Below, piece after piece: positions 1 to 12,843 of a DNA stretch of 64,000 nt. The notes under the pieces were generated by a model that was not told the DNA's origin, made no database searches, and saw nothing but the letters and a program-made list of their open reading frames with translations. How positions within the stretch are numbered: position 1 is the stretch's first letter; each line of letters opens with the position of its first letter. This stretch comes from Octopus vulgaris (lineage: Eukaryota). The translations under genes were made by a program, and so were the position numbers. The stretch covers positions 36,394,001 to 36,458,000 of the forward strand of contig OX597836.1 in assembly GCA_951406725.2 (NCBI GenBank). The letters run 5' to 3'.

Positions 1-10
1 TATCTATCTG

Positions 11-69
<59 letters not shown>

Positions 70-202
70 CCCTATTTATCTATTTATCTATCGATCTATC
101 TGTCTGTCTATCTATCTATCTATTTATCTATCTAACTATCTAACTATCAATCTATCTATCTATCTATCCCTCCATCCGTCCGTCCGTCTATCTATCTATC
201 TA
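1..202. repeat. (TATC)n/(TGTC)n tetranucleotide microsatellite
   Basis: Direct reading of tandem TATC units. Confidence 0.95.
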
Positions 203-949
203 TATACACACAAACACGCACATACTCAAACGCACTCACACACACACGCAGGTACACCTACATACACACACACATTCACACACACACACACATATATATA
301 TGCATATATACATGTATAATTAAGGATGTAGATATAGATGCATACACAAACTCACATATATATATGTACATACCTATACAGGCACAGACACACATGCGCA
401 CGTGTGTGTATGTATTTATGTGTGTATACATATTAACACACTATTCTCTGTCCTAACAGAACCTCCATGTGAAGCTGGAGATCAAGATTGCCGTTTGGAT
501 TTAATATATTTCTATTGGATTTAATAATGTTTCTGTTGCTATTGATTAATATTCATGAAGGACCTGCCTCTCTATCCTACGTGTTTCCATCCGTCGTGCT
601 TAGTACAACAGACAATGCACAAAAGAACAGTAGGGGATACATGGGACGTTACATGATATGTGACAAAATATTTCAGACAACGGACACTACCGTAATATAA
701 TGATAATAATAATAATAACGAATAGCGCCAGCCTTTCATAGCGGCTGGACGTGTTCATCGCTGCTCTGACCAGTCAGCAGCCGAAGGCACAGAGACACTA
801 ATATAACCCAACAAGACAACGTAAAAATAACTCTCAAAGACTGGAATATCGACTATTTCTTGTGAGTATTTAAATTTTTCCCCCAAAATAAGTTAAGAAA
901 CTTACATATCTACAGTTTTCGAACGCACAAATGATCAGCTTTAGAAACA

Positions 950-1500
950 TTAGTATCTACAACTTCTGTGAATACCTATCCTTTCTTTCGCCCTGTGTTT
1001 TCGAAAATACAAACATCCTTTTTATTCTAAGAACACTACACTTTTCTCTGTGCGGACATACAAAAGACCATCTTTAGTAAATCTTAAAACTTTAAAATCT
1101 ACAACTTCTGTAAACACCTATCCATTCCTTTCTCCCTAAGTTTTCGAAAATGCAAACAACCTTTTTATTCTAAGAACAATGTAGTTTTCTCTGTGCAGAC
1201 GTACAAAGGACAATCTTTAGTAAATCTTAAAACTTTAATATCTACAACTTTCTGGGAAAATTTTGTTCTCCTTTTCTTTTCTTTCCTTTCTACCTGAGTA
1301 TTCGAAAATGTAAATATCCTTTTTATTCCAAAAACACAACTCTCTTCTCTAATTGGACATACAAACGAACATCTCTAGAAAACTATAAATCTATAAAAAA
1401 ACTATAAAAAAAAATTTTAATGTCTACAATTTTGTGTGAAAATGTTATCTTTCTTTTCTCCCTGGCTACCCGAATATGTAAACATACCTTTTATTGCAAC
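950..1500. repeat. Diverged ~143-bp minisatellite, 3-4 copies
   Basis: ATCTACAACTT...TTCGAAAAT...CCTTTTTATTC...CATCTTTAGTAAATCTTAAAACTTTAA recurs, with unit starts near 955, 1097 and 1240 and a degenerate copy near 1420. Confidence 0.85.
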
Positions 1501-1670
1501 AACACAATTAAATACAAGATAAAAAAAAATTAAGTACGTAAGCACCTGCCAATATATATAAACGACAAAAATTACTAAAACTCTAAACGATAGCCAAACA
1601 TAAAAAGAATGGTAAGAATAAAAACAAAAAATTCTGAAATTCAAAAATTCAACAATTCGAACATCAGTAC

Positions 1671-1720
<50 letters not shown>

Positions 1721-1723
<3 letters not shown>

Positions 1724-1860
1724 TAAAAGCGGTAAGATAGCAAAAGGTAGAAAGAGACTTCAATATTATGTAAATAGAGGAAATAGAGATGACCAGATAT
1801 CCGAAGAGATGGTGTTGTGAATTTACGCTTCGGCATTCGAAACTCAGAGTTTTATCTGGT

Positions 1861-1863
<3 letters not shown>
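1721..1863 (+). mobile_element. Short Penelope-type terminal-repeat remnant in (TA)n with type I hammerhead-like motif
   Basis: Stem I CCAGATA(1793)/TATCTGG(1853-1859), core CCGAAGA, stem II GATG..CATTC, GAAA, stem III CTC/GAG, GUU site; homologous to 7402-7632. Confidence 0.6.
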
Positions 1864-1901
<38 letters not shown>

Positions 1902-1904
<3 letters not shown>

Positions 1905-2090
1905 GGAGTAAACACATAAATGTGAAACAAGGTGGAAAAAAGAGTTCTCAAATACCAGTGGTAGAGTAATATGCTTTATTTTAAGCAGCAGAAAATTCAA
2001 CAAAATTCTAGCAAAAACTGTCTGATGAACGGCAACGAGAAACTCAGAGTAACAGATTTTGTTGAATTTTCTGCTGCTTAAAATAAAGTA
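1902..2090 (+). mobile_element. Fold-back element in (TA)n with type I hammerhead ribozyme (Penelope pLTR-like)
   Basis: 33-bp inverted arms 1974-2006/2056-2088; CTGT-CTGATGA-ACGGCAACGA-GAAA-CTCAGAG-TA-ACAG at 2018-2055. Confidence 0.7.
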
Positions 2091-2181
<91 letters not shown>

Positions 2182-2517
2182 GTGTGTGTTTGTATAGAAT
2201 TATTTTTTCTCTCAGTAATTGAAAATAGAGCAAGGTGAAATTCTTGTTTTCAAGGCTAAGTTCAGCGCCTTTACTGATCATTAGTAGTAGTGCAAACACA
2301 TCTGACCTCTGCTGACCGACCGAAAGAGACCTATCTTGTCTCTTTTTTCGCACAGGAATGTCCATCGGTGACATCATTATCATTTATTTACAGGACCTGC
2401 TACTCTTCCTCCTGCTATTCCCTTCATCACTCACATATTTATGATTATCTCAAGTATAAGACGAAAGTTGAAACTAAACAACATTTAGTAACACCGTTTA
2501 AAAATAAATGGAAATAC

Positions 2518-2544
2518 TATTACTAATACTACTACTACTACTAC

Positions 2545-2589
<45 letters not shown>

Positions 2590-2603
2590 TAATAATAATA
2601 ATG

Positions 2604-2643
<40 letters not shown>

Positions 2644-2819
2644 TAATAATAATAATGATAATAATAATAATGATAATAATATTAATAATAATAATTATGA
2701 TAATAATAATAACAATAATGGTAATAATAATAATAATAATAATAGTAATAATGATAATAATGGTAATAATAATAATAATAGTAATAATAATAATAATAAT
2801 AATGGTAATAATAATAATA

Positions 2820-2876
<57 letters not shown>

Positions 2877-2892
2877 GTAATAATAATAATAA
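2518..2892. repeat. (AAT)n microsatellite
   Basis: Long imperfect AAT run; source of the poly-Ile pseudo-ORFs. Confidence 0.97.
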
Positions 2893-3031
2893 GTGCTAAC
2901 TGCAAATGTAAGCAGACTATATGAAGAGAAAGAATGTTGGCAGAGGATTGATCAGCATAGACCATTGTATAAGGATTGAAAGAAGAACGCTTGCCAAGTA
3001 TTTAATAAACAGTGACGAAGATCTGCTGTAA
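2893..3031 (+). mobile_element. R4/Dong-like LINE fragment (post-RT region)
   Basis: Frameshifted translation ANVSRLY/MKRKNVGRGLISIDHCIRIERRTLAKYLINSDEDLL matches RLYIQRIEGGRGLIQLE..LQKYL of the RT at 53012-54037; abuts (AAT)n. Confidence 0.7.
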
Positions 3032-3141
3032 TATACCGGGACCCATATTATTATTGATAATTTTAAATACTGTAGGTAGAACGATGGTGGTAATGATAAT
3101 CATTGTGGTTATGGAAGCGACACAATGCAAGTACGCTATTC

Positions 3142-3179
<38 letters not shown>

Positions 3180-3479
3180 ACATATATGTGTACGTGTATA
3201 TACAAATGAAAAGAGGAAGAGAGGGATGAGATCTCAATAACAATGCCACGAACGACTCGTGAAATCATGATGCAACACAACAAGGAAAGAATTACCGGCA
3301 AGAATGAAGCTATAGGCGATCATGTTGAAGGCTTCTCGCTCAGCACACGTACGAAACCTCCGGCATCAGGGGCAATGATCTGTCCTCGGGCGGTCGTTAT
3401 GCCACAACAGATTACATACATGGTGTGTGCAAAAAGAGACATAAGTGGAAAAAGGAAGGGTATGATACACTTATTAAAT

Positions 3480-3931
3480 GCAGTGAGCTGGCAGAACGTT
3501 AGCAGTATTTCGTCTGCCGCTACGTTCTGAGTTCAAATTCCGCCGAGGTCGACTTTACCTTTTATCCTTTCGGGGTCGATTAAATAAGTACCTATTTCTT
3601 TATTACCCACAAGGGGATAAACATAGATGGGACAAACAAGGACAGACATAGGTATTAAGTCGATTCCATCGACCCCAGTGCGTAACTGGTACTTAATTTA
3701 TCGACCCCGAAAGGATGAAAGGCAAAGTCGACCTCGGCGGAATTTGAACTCACAGCGTAACGACAGACGAAATACGGCTACGCATTTCGCCCGGCGTGCT
3801 AACGTTTCTGCCAGCTCGCCGCCTAAATAAGTACCAGTTACGCACTGGGGTCGATATAATCGACTTAATCCGTTTGTCTGTCCTTGTTTGTTCCCTCTGT
3901 TTTTAGCCCCTTGTGGGTAGTAAAGAAATAG
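3480..3931 (+). mobile_element. tRNA-derived SINE (family M, Meta/MESC-like central domain), interrupted by an inverted copy
   Basis: B box GAGTTCAAATTCC, central GTCGACTTT.CCTTT.ATCCTTTCGGGGTCGAT; TSD GATAC(A/T)CTTATTAAATGC on both sides. Confidence 0.85.
3592..3823 (-). mobile_element. Full-length family M SINE nested antisense in another copy
   Basis: TSD TAAATAAGTACC at 3581-3592 and 3824-3835. Confidence 0.9.
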
Positions 3932-4844
3932 ATACTCTTATTAAATGCCATGAAAGAGCAAAGCTAGAAATTTTGGATGGAAAAGGAAATGTATCCAATG
4001 TCAGAAAATAAACTAATGAACCAAGTGAGAGTTATTAGAAGGAAGTGTTACCTAACTGGAGTAGAAATATCTCAGATTATTAAGAGTTTGAGAGACCCCG
4101 TGGATGAGCTATAAACAATGACAGGAGTTGAAAGCAGGAAGAAGAGGAGATATGAGGAACAGGGGAATTGTTATGGGGTTGTTATATGTTCGGCACATAT
4201 AACTGTTTACTGTAAGTATATCATTTGTGCAGATTGCTTTGAGCAAGTAATTGCGGAATCGTCTTTATGACGGGTTTCCGCACAGTTTTCATCTGGCAAA
4301 TAGACACCCAGTAATTCTGCATGCAGCGTATTTATAATAGTATGAATACTTACCTAAATTGTCGCGCAGTGGTACGGAACCCCAAAACACATGGTTAAAA
4401 ACTGAACTTCTTAAATACGAATAGATTTTAAAATATAAAAACTGAACTTCTGAAACATAAATAGATTTTAAAATATAAAAATACGCAACTAACACCCAAA
4501 AGCCATGTCGTCATTTGGGGATTGTTCAGCAACAACTGAAATGGATTCCCAGTTGTAATGGAAATCATATTTCAGAGGCATTCACATACTGCACATGATA
4601 TATTATCGATATCGTTTTGCGATGCCAAAATTTTTTTGAGAACCGCATTCTGATAATGTTTTAGACAGACCATATAAATAAACATTGCCCCGCTTTTGCC
4701 GTAGTTTCATAACTGTAACACACAGGCTCGCACGCACACACACACATACATGCATATACATAAGCGCCTATAAATACATATATACAAGCACACATATACA
4801 CATACATACACACGCATATGTATATGTATTCATGTATATATGGA

Positions 4845-4899
<55 letters not shown>

Positions 4900-5278
4900 A
4901 TGTATTCATATACATATCTATCTAACTATATATCTCAATCAATATACATCTATGCTTGTGTGTGCTTGTGTGTATATCTGTATATATCTCAATCAATATA
5001 CTGTTTGTACGATTGTCTGTGTATGTGTCATTGTGTGTGTATATTTGTATTTTTGTACATATTTGCATCGCCCGCGGGCAAGAAAGTTTCATTATATTTT
5101 TAAAAAATTCAATGATAAATCGATAATAGTATCACTATTTTTTGTCTCAATAATGATCGATAGCTTATCAAGAAATATACCACTGTCATTCGCAGTCGTA
5201 ATACTATAAGAAGGAAATTTGTTTATTTAGTGTCCATGTTTCTGTGCGTGTACACTCATATTCCCACACACATGTGTT

Positions 5279-5325
<47 letters not shown>

Positions 5326-5461
5326 CTGATATATTTGGGCGTTTGTATGATTGTGTATAGAGGGATATATATTATTCAAATATAATTCCAACTCGTCTTT
5401 TTTTTAATCTTTTATTTATATTCTTTATAATATTAATGTCTATATAGAATATATATTCATA

Positions 5462-5506
<45 letters not shown>

Positions 5507-5631
5507 AAAATGAAATGAGGTATTGATTGTGTTATTGAGTAGATAAAATACTGAATATAAAATATTAAGGGACTAGTATACTTTCTTGCATTATAACTGT
5601 CTTCAAGGTCCCAGGTTGTGACAGGAGTGTG

Positions 5632-5684
<53 letters not shown>

Positions 5685-5949
5685 TATATTAAATTAGAGA
5701 TAAAACCACTATTAGGCAAATCATACAATGAAAAACTTAAGCCAATATAAGATTAATTGATTTATATTATTTTAAATATGTATCAAACTTATTTAAAAAA
5801 GTATGTATTGGCTTAAGTTTTTCATTGTATGATTTGCCTAATAGTGGTTTTATCTCTAATTTAATATAATATAATATTTTCCTATAAAATTGGATTCAAT
5901 CCTAAATCTGATGTTTCCCTGTAAGTTTGGATTTATTCCCTAATATTTG

Positions 5950-5952
<3 letters not shown>
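5685..5952. mobile_element. Fold-back element in (TA)n (probable Penelope pLTR inversion)
   Basis: Perfect 63-bp inverted arms 5685-5747/5806-5868 plus a one-sided tail. Confidence 0.6.
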
Positions 5953-6014
<62 letters not shown>

Positions 6015-6016
<2 letters not shown>

Positions 6017-7207
6017 GGTGCATAAGATATCGGACGAAAGATTCATGTTAGCAATAAAACATAATAATAGATACTGATTTTATTTATCAAAACATGCTAT
6101 TAGGATAAATATAAACCTGCAATAAAGTCACCTTCAGCTTCAACAACTGCTTCAATGCGAGATTTAAATTATCTACATGCCCGAATGAAGTCGTCACGGT
6201 TCAGTTTGTACATTATTCTGATTATGGCAGCTTTCAAAGAATCGCTAGTGTTATGGGTGTGTTTATTTGTCTCTCTCTAAACAACGTCCACATGTAATAG
6301 TTCAATGTGATCAGAAAAAAATATTCAGCTATCCATTCCTCTGTTACTAAAGCCATGTGTGAGAGAGCAGAGTCTTACTGAAACACATATCACCTTCTAT
6401 TACATATACTGTCTATCTAAGGCTTAACAATTAATTCCAGGACCTCAATGTAGGCAGCAGAGTTAACTCTAAGGCCTTGCGGAAAGAAGTAAGTTGGCAT
6501 TACATGTCATTCATTGCTGACAACCTCTAAAACCATGACAGTTGCAGGAAATTTTGTATACATAACACTTGGAACTTCAGAAGGATCTGCACATAATCAT
6601 CTGTCATCTTCTGTTAAGCGTTTGATCTTGGTCGAAGTTTTTCTCGTTTGAGAAAAACCAAATCAAATCTTCTTCTGCTGGATTTTTCAATTTGTTTAAG
6701 AGCCTTTTAGATCTGTTGTAGTGATTTTGTTTTGCTTTTCCTGACAAATTCACGTTTTCGCGCCATATAAGACTTATATCTGAAGTCTTCTGGGACAACA
6801 ATTCTGACTGTTCTTTCTGACAAATGGAGATATTTTGCAATTGAGCTGATGGATTTTTTAAAAATTTTAATCACTGGTCTGTTAACTTGGTGGATGGATT
6901 TACGTGCTTGGATTATTTCAGAGCGTTTAGAATACTTTTTTGTGCTTTGATACTGATGATACGTTTCCATCTTCAATCTCTAGCTCCTTACAAACTTTAT
7001 AGACGAAAGATCAGGGAACTTTTAAAATTCGAGATATTTCTAAGTCGCTATCCTCAGCCTTTATAAACACAATAATAACACATTTACTCATTCCTTGAGT
7101 AAGCTGAGGGTCTGCCATTATTATTTTCTGAAACAAAGATTATATGGACTGAGCAGAAAATGCTGCAATGACCCAAAACATGTATATCCTCAAATACTTT
7201 ACGCACC

Positions 7208-7210
<3 letters not shown>
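6015..7210 (-). mobile_element. Degenerate Tc1/mariner DD37D (maT-like) transposon
   Basis: WFFSNEKNFDQDQTLNRR, DPSEVPSVMYTKFPATVMVLEVVSNE*HVMPTYFFPQGLRVNSAAYIEVLE, YVFQ*DSA; decayed TIRs CAGGGTGCATAA / TTACGCACCGTG. Confidence 0.9.
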
Positions 7211-7252
<42 letters not shown>

Positions 7253-7325
7253 CGACCGCTGGCCAATAAAGCTTATTTTATTCTCTCCGTTTATTTTCTC
7301 GTGTTCTTTTCTGTTCAAGAGCGTA

Positions 7326-7401
<76 letters not shown>

Positions 7402-7632
7402 CTGTAAAATTAATGTGTCAATTATTCGGTAGCCATGATAAAATTCCGAGATTTTTCGACGGCCGGATAAATGAAGAGATGGTGACGTGGATTTCCGCCC
7501 CGAAACCCGAAACTCGAAATTTTATCATGGCTACCGAATAATTGACACACATTAATTTTACTGATGAATTCCTCTGTTTACATAATATCGAGGTTTATTT
7601 CATTCTCTTGTTGTCTTACCATTCCTATCAAT
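7402..7632. mobile_element. Fold-back element with degenerate hammerhead motif
   Basis: Inverted arms ~7404-7450/7513-7561; spacer ATGAAGAGATGG...GAAACTCG; tail homologous to the reverse complement of 1721-1790. Confidence 0.6.
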
Positions 7633-7640
7633 ATATCAAA

Positions 7641-7836
7641 ATGTGACCGCGTGTGTACCGTTGGCGATTTTTTTCCCTTCGTCTTCCCTTCTTTGGATCT
7701 TTCCTTTTACTATGTTTCTGACGAAGAGCTCCGCTCGAATCGTTAAACCCGCCTTCTCTCTTTCCTCTCCTGAGCGTCCAATAATACTATACTTGTTCCA
7801 CGTCCTCGCGTTGTTGTGTTTTCAAGTTTGGATTAA

Positions 7837-7840
<4 letters not shown>
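7641..7840 (+). mobile_element. Penelope pLTR-like remnant with minimal hammerhead
   Basis: GTTT-CTGACGAA-GAGC-TCC-GCTC-GAAT-CGTT-AAAC at 7714-7748; second copy at 58732-58925 (-). Confidence 0.7.
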
Positions 7841-7930
<90 letters not shown>

Positions 7931-7989
7931 GTTTGCACTAAAGGAAAAGAAAACACAGTATTTGAAAAGTATTCTGACAAAATACAAAA

Positions 7990-8420
7990 ACTGTAAAATC
8001 GACTGTGGCTGGAAAACAATAGTTTATTGTAAAGCAGTAACCCTCAGCTTCTTCCACGGACTCAAAGCGGGTTAGATCCTAGCTCGGGTGTTCCTCACCG
8101 TATCCCTGGAAAGATCTTACAAGATGTCCATGATCTTCTCCACCAGCATTTTGTTGTAGGCAGTATAGTTGGTGTGGTTCTCAACTGCACTCGGCACCTA
8201 GTAATCCATAGGAAGCCAATCAGGGGAATTAGAAATCCTGAAATTGTGGCTGGTGAAGTCGAAGAAATTCTACGATAATCACAGCTGATAATAATGGAGC
8301 TGAAACTACTTTCATATATAAGCTCTCGAACAACCATTTTCCCAGCCAAGTTTTGAACGTAGTCCCCAGAAGCTTCTCGTAGCCGTCTGCATTGAGCCTG
8401 AATTTCTTGACATGCAGTTG
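7990..8420 (-). mobile_element. Second decayed DD37D/maT transposase fragment (C-terminal)
   Basis: FRLNADGYEKLL, NFFDFTSHNF..SNSPDWLPMDY, LVEKIMDIL*DLSRDTVRN motifs with frameshifts. Confidence 0.65.
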
Positions 8421-8527
8421 TTGCATGAATTCCGGAGTGAGCACGCAGTACCTACGCCTGCGGTTTGACTTCCAGCTGATCACGGGTTGGTAGTCACCGA
8501 TGCAGTAGCGCCTGTCGCGTCGTATAC

Positions 8528-8943
8528 CTATTTCTTTACTACCCACAAGGAACTAAACACAGAGAGGAAAAACAAGGACAGACAAAGGGATTAAGTCGAT
8601 TACATCGACCCCAGTGCGTAACTGGTACTTATTTAATCGACCCCGAAAGGACGAAAGGCAAAGTCGACCTCGGCGGAATTTGAACTCAGAACGTAACGGC
8701 AGACGAAATACCTATTTCTGTTTACTACCCACAAGGGGCTAAACACAGAGAGGACAAACAAGGACAGACAAAGGGATTAAGTCGATTACATCGACCCCAG
8801 TGCGTAACTGGTACTTATTCAATCGACCCCGAAAGGACGAAAGGCAAAGTCGACCTCGGCTGAATTTGAACTCAGAACGTAACGGCAGACGAAATACCAC
8901 AAAGCATTTCGCCCGGCGTGCTAACGAGTCTGCCAGGTCGCCG
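8528..8943 (-). mobile_element. Family M SINE dimer (headless unit + full unit)
   Basis: Single TSD CGCGTCGTATACC (8516-8528/8942-8954); junction GAAATAC|CTATTTC at ~8705-8718. Confidence 0.9.
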
Positions 8944-9358
8944 CGTCGTATACCGTTTACCGTGTGCACAACGCATTCAACAGTAATCATGATGTCGGCA
9001 ATTTGATATCAGGTGCGAATCATTATGATGCAGGTAATTCTTTCCCAATGTTCAATGGAATACTGTAACGTGAAGCTCAGTACATGTGTGACAAAAATTA
9101 AATGCTCCTAAGTTGAAACCCCTTTTTCTTTTCATATATATGCTAATATATAATTGGATTAGGGTTGGAAAAAAAAAAGAAATAACTACACAACACTGAA
9201 ATAGTCTTGTGCCTTCTTATAAATATAAAGCTTTTTAAAATCTACATTCAAGTCGTTGCCACCGCATGGTAATGGTCTTACCACTGAAACATGTAAAAAG
9301 TAAAGGCTTTAAGACAAAAGGTATCTCAAATCTATTTTTCTGCACTTCATTAACTGCC

Positions 9359-9942
9359 GGATCTTTTCGGTTTGAACGGCAGTTTTTAACATAATTTCTA
9401 GGTGCAGAAATCGAACCCATTACCTCATCATTATAAGCCCGACGCTCTAACTATGAAGCCATGCACTTATAAGTGTAGTTTAAGCCTAGATTCGTTAGGG
9501 GATCATTTTGGTTTGACCGGCAATTTTTTTAAATAATTTCCACGTAACTAAACACTTTTAAACTTCGTATACTGGTAGAATGTGTTTATAAAACATCTTT
9601 TTCTCTTGGCTTTATTGAGAAAATTCTATAGTTTGTAAGATATTTGTTGTTTTTTTTCTTCAATTTATGCATTTTCAACCAATCAATTACGTCCATCGAG
9701 GTAAAAAAAACAACTTTCTGCGCCGTATGAATATGTCCCTCGTTTAAGAAACAGATTGGGTTTATTTACATTTCTGAAGAAAAAAAGATACCCTTCCCCA
9801 CCCCTATCCCTAACCCTAACCCTAACTAACCCTAACACTAAAACTGATTGAAATGCAATAGATCGATACTAGGGTTATAATTATGGGTGACAATTTCATA
9901 TGATACCGCTAGAAAAAAATGCCATTCAAGCCGAAAAGATCC
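9359..9942. mobile_element. Non-autonomous DNA transposon, Merlin-like
   Basis: ~29-bp TIRs GGATCTTTTCGG(T/C)TTGAA; 8-bp TSD TAACTGCC/TTACTGCC; GG termini; internal second left end at ~9500 and (CCCTAA)n. Confidence 0.75.
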
Positions 9943-10613
9943 TTACTGCCAAATAAAACACTATAACTAATTCACTTCTAAAGCTAGTCAGAGAAAGCAT
10001 TTACTTCATCACTGAAGCTACTGGAAATAGCAACCAAATACTTGTATAAAACGATGCTCTGCTGTCTTTCTGAAGGATATATTGGATTATGTTGTCTGCC
10101 ATAAATTATTCTATATAATATAATAGAATCCGAATAAGCTAGTGTCAGTCTATATCGATGAATAGGATTACAATAAATTTTACTTTCATAATACAAGCTG
10201 CAAAATTGCTGTTTAGACGTGACTGGAATATCTTTGACTATCCGTTGTCTGGAACTTAGACAGCGAAATACCAGATGAATATTTTCCAAAGTTCACGCAA
10301 AGATATATTGAGAAAAACACACCCCTAGGAAACGTCAGAGAGTGCAGTCTGGGATATGCAATGACAGTTGAAGAAACAACTGAATTGCAACCATTGATAG
10401 AGCATCCATCGTTATACACATGAATTCACCTAAAAAGAGGACAAAAGGCTTACCTCGAGCCATTGTCACATAAGGCCGATAGGGCAGGTTTCCCAGATTC
10501 TACGGCGTATATATGTAAGAGTGTGTGTGTGAGAGAGAGAGAGAGAGAGAAATTGTTTGTGAGTGTGTGTGTACTTATGTAAATACATGTGTATATGTAT
10601 ATTGTATGTGTGA

Positions 10614-11365
<752 letters not shown>

Positions 11366-11558
11366 TGGTATATATAAATATTTTAATCTTCGGATTCTTC
11401 TTAATATGCTAGACCACTGGTTTTAATTGACTAATATCAATTTCTACCCTTAATTTTTAATATATATATATATGTATATATATGAGTGTGTATAAATAGA
11501 AAAGTTACTTCTAAATCACTCAACCAGAGACATTCATTAACAGTACTCTAGAGTAAAG

Positions 11559-11865
11559 ATTCTGTTGTGTCTGGGGAGAGTCATTTTCTTTTTGTGCCTT
11601 ATTATGTAACACACTCACCGGTAAAATTTTCACTTTTTTCTTATTTTTATTGTCCTAAAATTTTCGTTGGATCTTGCAACCTTTTCAATAGTTTTGACTC
11701 TCTAAAAAAATTTTAGGACAATAAAAATAAGAAAAAAGTGGAAATTTTACCGGTGAGTGTGTTACATAATAAGGTACAAAAAGAAAATGGCTCTCCCCAG
11801 ACACAACAGAATATGCTTCAACACACGAACTCATATAAAGAATCTTGCAAACCAAATCCAAAAAC
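11559..11865. mobile_element. Fold-back Penelope (Naiad-related) pLTR remnant
   Basis: ~105-bp inverted arms 11559-11664/11707-11812; tail homologous to 45175-45250; hammerhead-like CTA-TTGAAAAG-GTTG..CAAC-GAAA-ATTT-TAG on - strand. Confidence 0.7.
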
Positions 11866-11870
11866 GAAAT

Positions 11871-12032
11871 AGAGTAAAGATTATTTCCCAATATTATGTG
11901 ACAGTCCAGGTCAGGGGGATTGTTACTGTTATTTCGCCCGATTGTCTCCAGTGATGTTTCCTGGGGCTAAATAACAGTAACTTTCGTACTAACCAGGACT
12001 GCCACATTATATTGGTAAATAATCTTTACTCT
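11871..12032. mobile_element. Palindromic MITE-like element
   Basis: Imperfect inverted arms AGAGTAAAGATTATTT.../...AAATAATCTTTACTCT. Confidence 0.65.
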
Positions 12033-12249
12033 GTGTGAATATATGTATATGTGTGTGTATGTGTGCGTGCGTGTGTGCGTGTGTGTATTAATGCCCCCTG
12101 GAGAGAATGATCATTGCTGGATCATCTTTGAAAACAGATCTGTTTGATAGAAGATGACGTGTGACAAACAACTGCAACAACAAGGTTGTACTTCAAAACA
12201 AATGTAGTTTACGATGAATAATCTATATTATAATTGCGCTATTTACGTC

Positions 12250-12398
12250 TCTGTGTGTGGCTGTATCAAATACCAATCACATGGTATGTGTTCAGTTCCG
12301 CTGCGTGGCATCTTTGGCAAGTTTCTTCTAAAATCGCCTCGGGTCAACCAAAACCCTGTGAGTGGATTTGGTAGATGGAAACTGAAAAGAAGCCCGTC

Positions 12399-12435
<37 letters not shown>

Positions 12436-12655
12436 TACATGTCAGTGTGTTTGCGTTTGTCCTCCCAGCATCGCTTGGCAACCGGTGCTGGTATGTTTAC
12501 GTTCCTGTAACGTATCGGTTCAGCAAAAGAGACCGATAGAATAAGTACTAGGCGTACAAAGAATAAGTCCTGGGGTCGATTTGCTCGACTAAAGGCGCTG
12601 CTCCAGCATGGCCACAGTCACATGACAGAAACAAGTAAAATAGTAAAAGACCAAA
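12250..12655 (+). mobile_element. Diverged bipartite SINE (family N) with internal (TA)n
   Basis: GTGAGTGGATTTGGTAGATGGAAACTGAAAAGAAGCCCGTCG; homologous to 57849-58230. Confidence 0.8.
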
Positions 12656-12843
12656 AGTGAGTAAATAGTAAACTCCTCCGCAACCACTGGACAGATTTCG
12701 ACCAAACAGAATAAAAAGGAGACAACAGGAAGATCATTGAGGCAATATCTTCCGAGTAAAGACCTGTTTGGTCAATGATGACGTTTGACTAAACAACGAT
12801 AGCAGCAACCACAATAACAACAACCCAGCAACAATAACAATAG

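Larger units (their letters stand above)
3430..4110 (+). mobile_element. R4/Dong-like LINE N-terminal ORF fragment interrupted by SINEs
   Basis: RHKWKKEGYDTLIKCHERAKLE / FWMEKEMYPMSENKLMNQVRVIRRKCYLTGVEISQI resembles the N-terminal domain of R4-clade ORFs. Confidence 0.55.

Noticed and set aside
2498-2965. Poly-Ile ORFs
   Set aside because: Translation of (AAT)n.
3627-3830. Recurrent peptide RNWYLIYRPRKDERQSRPRRNLNS as a gene family
   Set aside because: Antisense read-through of family M SINE; the frame is not kept across copies.
9802-9840. True telomere or fusion site
   Set aside because: Few degenerate units inside a TIR element.
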